Of a stretch of 64,000 nucleotides of DNA, positions 60,701-64,000 are shown one piece after another. The notes under the pieces are model-generated. The model had not been told where the DNA came from. It did no database searches and saw only the letters and a list, made by a program, of their open reading frames with translations. Origin of the DNA: Antedon mediterranea (lineage: Eukaryota; Animalia; Echinodermata); assembly GCF_964355755.1 (NCBI RefSeq), contig NC_092673.1, forward strand, positions 20,271,648-20,335,647, written 5' to 3'. The position numbers were made by a program, and so were the translations under genes. The stretch's first letter is position 1. Every line of letters starts with the position of its first letter.

Positions 60701-63323
60701 CTAACAGATTTGAATATTGTTATGAGTAATTAACAAAAACTCCTGTAAACAATATTTCTAAATGCGACTGATGGGCTACCTGTATCTTTGAAAGTACATA
60801 GGAAGTTAGCAGAGATGAGATACCAGTACAGGAAAAGCTAACTAAAATTTGGAAACAAGGCAATTTTGAACCAATTTAAAATAGGACCACAATGGAAATA
60901 AGTTTGTCGTCTTGGTAATTTTTTGTGTTTTCATCCTATGATTTTATGTCAGAATAAAGAAATAAATAACAAAATTAAGAATCAATTTGGTTTTCATTAG
61001 CTTGCTCCAGTCAAGATTACCAGAAAGCATACTATAGTTACCATATAATTCCCTTAAATGCTCTGGTATATGTGGTTCATATCCTTCCTTTTCTGGGACA
61101 TCTTCAAATTCATCATCCTCATCCTCATCATCCATTGGTGATGGAACTTTCCTAGGTCTCCTTTTCACGTTCAACTTATTTAGTTGATTTAATGCATCTT
61201 GAATCTTCTGTTTAATATCAATACATTTCTTCACTTTATCTTGTTCTGTACCGCTTTTTGTGAGTATCTGCAAAAAGTAGTTTGGGAAGATTGATTTTAG
61301 TTGAGTGGTAGAGATTATTTTGGTTAGGTTTAGTTTATTTAGAGGGTAGCAGAGGCATAGGCTGGTAGTAAATAGTAAATGCGAACCTTGGAAATGACAC
61401 TTATAATTTCAAATATGAGTCTCCACTATACCTCGGCCCCACCATGCTTGGGCTGAGTTAAGAACATTTCGAAAAATAGGGCTAGGCTCCCGGAAAAGGC
61501 ACTTTACATGATTTAATGAAATATGAAACAAAATATATAAGACTCGCCAGGACCTCAGCTCTACCATGGTAGGAATTGAGCTAAGAAAATGTTTAAAAAT
61601 AGAGCTGCTAGGTCCCCAGAAATTGGACTTATTATACTTTGAAATATGACACAAAATATACAGTATGTCTCCAAGACCAGCCCTACCATGGTTGGGGCTA
61701 AAACATTTTTGAAAAATAGAGCTGCTAGGTCCTCATAAACTGCACTTATACATATATAAAATATGTAAAAAGAGACATTTTATCGAATTACAGAACTTAA
61801 AATGCTTCACTCATAAAATATAGATGCATATATTATGCATTTGTGTTGGTGTGTGCAAGTATACACACATAGTACAAATAATCATGTTAAAAAAACAGTA
61901 TCGCTTTTTGATGATGAACAACTCTAAAATGTATATAGGAATGTTTTATTTTTATTTTGTATCTATTATGTTGTGTTTATTGTTTTATGTTTTTTATGTA
62001 AAAGGGTCCTGCGAAAACAGAAGTGTAAACTTCTCTATGCAGGATCCTTGCCATCATTTATGCTATGAAACTGTATTTATAAACGATGAGTAAATAAATG
62101 TGAATTGAATTTGAATTTAAAATTGAATCAGGCCGAGGTTTAAAAAGGGGGCGTGTCCTGTATTGGAAGTGGAAGAGTTGACTTTAAAACTGTACAGTAC
62201 TAAGTCCTGTCTACAAAAGTTTAGCAAACATTATGTGACCAAAAAATGGTGATGTGCCTATACAGTATATAGACATGATGATGTCATATCACTACCATTT
62301 TTGGGCATATCACCACCATATTTGGGCACACCACACTTTTATTTGTCAAACTAGTTTGATATTGCAGACAGAGCTTTAATTGAATTACCTCCATCCACTT
62401 TGCTATCTGTGGTATATAGGTTTTATTCAGTAATCTTTGCATATCAAATATTGTTGTTACGATATCTGTATTGTCGTCATTTTCTTCAATAACAATATAA
62501 TCTGTAATCAAATCAGAGGTAATACATAAATCAAACAATTACAGTAAAACTCTCAATGGAATCAGACAATTGTATATTATCCATAGAGATAATATTAAGC
62601 TGAAGGCTAGAGGGAGTACTAGGTGAAGGAGGATCTTCTACAGAAGTTCTCTTTAAGATGGCCACCAGGCTTGATCAACAATTTTTTAACAGATTAATAA
62701 TAATGATACCATTTTGTGAAGAAACATATAAAAAAAACAAGAAAAATATTTAGTTTAAATGTATATTTTTTTTTAATTAACTATTTCGAGAATGACAATG
62801 GAAATAATATATTATAAAAACAAATGTTCACAATTTGTATTCGAGAATCATTTTAGAATACACTCGCGCAGTGATTATGCTTTCCCGGCTTAGCTCCCCA
62901 CGCCCTAATTTGATTTGCAGCAGATTCATTACACTGCAGGTGTAAAAAATAAAAGTATAATAATATATAATAATAAAATGTTGTTTAGAAAGTATGTTGA
63001 GAATTAAAACTTACCTTGATTAACTTCAATACTAATATTAAAATTCCAAGATGCCAAGCCATGCTCTTGAAGTAAATTGCTAGTACTAGGCTCTTGACTT
63101 GAATTATTACTACTTTCACCTCCAACGGCGCCCTCGCTTCCATCTCCACCCTTGCTTGTTACAGAATTCTGTGATGAAGGAATTGAATTTGAATTGGAAT
63201 TCTCCAGTGAAGAACTTTCTTTTATACTGGTTTCATTGTGATCAAAGTAATCTGGTGAAGGTAGTAGTAATTGGAGACTGTTTTCTAATTCTGTTAGTGA
63301 TCGTAACATATCTGGTAACATAT
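48766..63323 (-). CDS. UVSSA: UV-stimulated scaffold protein A, 3' ten exons (5' exons beyond the window)
   Basis: Phase-consistent GT/AG exons 63323-63015, 62501-62389, 61267-61042, 60700-60559, 60126-59911, 59410-59350, 59257-59135, 58740-58647, 49776-49572, 48862-48766; motifs [79 protein letters not shown]. Confidence 0.93.
50035..50630 (-). repeat. 3' LTR
   Basis: Matches 58008-58603 except GG versus TC at 50049-50050 (comparison by eye); terminal inverted TGTAATATAA/TTATATTACA. Confidence 0.97.
51536..56260 (-). CDS. pol: Gypsy pol (protease, RT, RNase H, integrase), in the -1 frame relative to gag
   Basis: LFDSGS protease; IDLKSAFH and HHDD RT; YSDTS...ELE...VDH...ADFLSR RNase H; HHCC plus D-D-E integrase; open frame overlaps the gag stop. 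Confidence 0.95.
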   Translation of the reverse strand, partial: LKRGLDAAYNLAPHTKYDNFKAKYLGNSDNIDLLLNDRNYVKGNLPDGRNVLTLFDSGSTRTIISQSYVNSSLYLSRLKPVKVNTTKFRLGNGDFLYANHLVQFELFIQGHKFKISALIVKNLTGIDLILGTETLSELDGTLNFKENTFRIRPKIFSFRPVHKIFLKPGDTKTVKLKGRVPAFVRNSDVVLHATTHISKLCPSDMLVKLHRGETNIDITNNTNRNVSLNTHQPIASLHLTNLVTVTNDLPIDRIKLTNDNANKYPHLERTDPLLTLTEEEIIRKQVDLTDSVLTHREKEDLYKILQQNRNAFSLYGELSSCPNFKADIHLSNDEPFFIRPYFATDKDKHVIEAELNKLVKLGILAVGHQLYTSPVLLVSKKNSKDKRVVTDFRYLNSRIKRINHPFPLLAETLKTIGNANAQILSVIDLKSAFHCVPLAEHAQQYTGIASYHGGKHYYYKRLAQGLNVSPGIFQAKIDEILNEIPNSREFCIAHHDDIILFSQDKFAHKQHLVSVLQALQLNGFRICPKKCKLFKNKVQYMGHTILINSSGHACITPLGDRCAAIRNLPVPRTHKETKRFIGAVNYVSHFFPQIQSILRPLHTLASKRRKFCWSTEHQKAFDEIKQLMVKPPTLQMPRKEGRFTLYSDTSRTATGSYLTQTVNGKEHIIGYYSKILPQACQRYSVTELELFGLYINVSAFRHLLKGCEFDAFVDHSAIVQIWNSKDQPCTPRLQKLILRLSGYIFQIGYKKGTELVLADFLSRAPRDDDSEIDQVVPIAFNITETESLNPITNTSTSRPVTRSYAKKMGINIPDLHKPKPVQTPVINQNPVTTNTRPTPQPTATPQIITRQQTNAHRSPPIITPPIITPPIVTPPPIRNVNIRQPPEERLVDKSKQNKDTTHRNVPVELYTSPKPLVPNITEFKSAHIPKQQDLDRLMDVIQRKIIRDYNLPVDVKQLRVEQETSPFFKPVYDYLVHDILPADKKAARAVQNKSEQYILCNGLLFRLFFQDKGGEFVLQLAVPENLAETVISQYHENLLSSHQGTMRTYLTIRKLFFMPLMFEKVNNYTQACLRCQQFRPKTDKLRPLHDRVPATYRPFHTLSLDFKSMPTSPSGFKHIMVVCDEITRFLICVPLKSIDAETICEALIQKVISIFGPPSRLISDAATSLTGKLLTLLCNTLNIDRKIISVHNHGSLQVERHIRTVSDLLKVNLNQFGTDWVRFVSTTCYAYNSFSSPHLGNHSPYELVFGRQPPSLTSLAFNPISGLSHSYEEYFEHLKKKFQNISQTMLQLQRTQQNVQNSKISQRLEKSPIYSVGQLVYLYKPTSSSLTANSKKIAAEWVGPLVIHEVLDRTHYILATIKGEILRDVFNYNRLKPCFMRTPKERKNFTHLQKLKQLLNEPTDDNNEKIQNTINVVNDETNVEFVDEHDRTPTQLQSDTLTHPTKVAPLNLQPYIDCVENNMGLAAPFQMKEEQIKEQTNLIMTAPNDSSMTLNRGRFKAGHFQVLVSYSKPTSAKRNTDKTKHESNDRKFWWNIDRYNDTDKLIKEIINDKQIPISGSPKRFIKRLYNATNY
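56257..57222 (-). CDS. gag: Gypsy gag with CCHC zinc knuckle
   Basis: SLQGQARLW capsid-like motif; [14 protein letters not shown]. Confidence 0.93.
   Translation of the reverse strand: MVDVVDNEVILNEPVNPHPVPHLRQTDFLPKRYDGSITDHDQCSAHYLSFTDYLEAHTLENPVNNAQLINVISIFKRSLQGQARLWIEGKQFDSLESLKTQFINRFSKNKSIYAHIREYDSITYTTGDNAEKHLTKIKQAADRIGYADQQIKNKFISTLPPKCRAAVAMSTPIDATIENIVNSTQNYLDLSVDDATREVSFNINKETDRPNILESLQHEINSLKLDMATTKRSLNDDTRRSRSPTRNYIPRRNRSPSPYKPRFQTPPTPRYRQPPPTCYYCGKPGHIARHCRQQNRSYGNYPPPYPYQQSNNYYPSHQQDF
58008..58603 (-). repeat. 5' LTR
   Basis: See 3' LTR; followed on the minus strand by the PBS. Confidence 0.97.
58785..58945. repeat. Degenerate short minisatellite (GGTATAGG(G)CC core)
   Basis: Core recurs about 8 times at roughly 20-bp spacing in a UVSSA intron. 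Confidence 0.7.
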
Positions 63324-63401
63324 CTATATTCAAAACAAATTCAATAAGTATGCATCTTTATATATGTGTCTGCAACAGATTTACTGCATACTACTGTGTA
63401 T

Positions 63402-64000
63402 CAGTGGCATAACGGCTATGAGCCCCCTGAGCTGGACCAGAGGAAAAAACAGGCATTAAAATATGTCGAAAAAGTATCAGTGGCCTAATGGCTATGAGCC
63501 CTCACTGGCTAAACCCAGGGGCCCTGAGCAGGACCAGAGGAAAAAACAGGCATTAAAATATGTCGAAAAAGTATCAGTGGCGTAATGGCTATGAGCCCTC
63601 ACTGGCTAAACCCAGGGGCCCTCAAGCTTATGGGGGCCCTGAGCAGGACCAAAGGAAAAAACAGGCATTAAAATATGTCGAAAAAGTATCAGTGGCGTAA
63701 TGGCTATGAGCCCTCACTGGCTAAACCCAGGGGCCCTGAGCAGGACCAGAGGAAAAAACAGGCATTAAAATATGTCGAAAAAGTATCAGTGGCGTAATGG
63801 CTATGAGCCTTCACTGGCTAAACCCAGAGGCCCTGAGCAGGACCAGAGGAAAAAACAGGCATTAAAATATGTCGAAAAAGTATCAGTGGCGTAATGGCTA
63901 TGAGCCCTCACTGGCTAAACCCAGGGGCCCTCGAGCTTATGGGGGCCCTGAGCAGGACCAGAGGAAAAAACAGGCATTAACATTTTCAGAAAAAGTATCA
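63402..64000. repeat. Tandem repeat with 97/115-bp unit variants, running off the window
   Basis: CAGTGGC at 63402, 63478, 63575, 63690, 63787, 63884. Confidence 0.95.

Overview
AT-rich animal genomic DNA with spliceosomal introns; a marine invertebrate, probably an echinoderm-like deuterostome (inference from gene and TE content). Left to right: (1) a near-intact APE-RT LINE abutting a Polinton/Maverick remnant (AGTAGT terminus, orphan 230-aa ORF, decayed integrase N-terminus), which itself sits at the end of a decayed EAR/EPTP-repeat plus MAM-domain gene; (2) a repeat-rich zone with a TIR/foldback element, a 1.6-1.8 kb tandem array, a 5'-truncated L1/Tx1 and a 180-bp satellite; (3) two tandem paralogous NLR genes (DED-like x2, phase-1 micro-exon linker, NACHT, LRR) separated by a DDX56 pseudogene fragment; (4) the 3' ten exons of UVSSA on the minus strand, with a young full-length Gypsy LTR retrotransposon in one intron. 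The most striking signal is the NLR LRR region: 195-bp units that are nearly invariant at DNA level except for two short hypervariable patches on the predicted ligand-binding strands. These patches are reshuffled between units, and unit number differs between paralogues (15 vs 6). This looks like a repeat-shuffling receptor-diversification system reminiscent of fungal NLRs. All calls were made by eye, without database searches.
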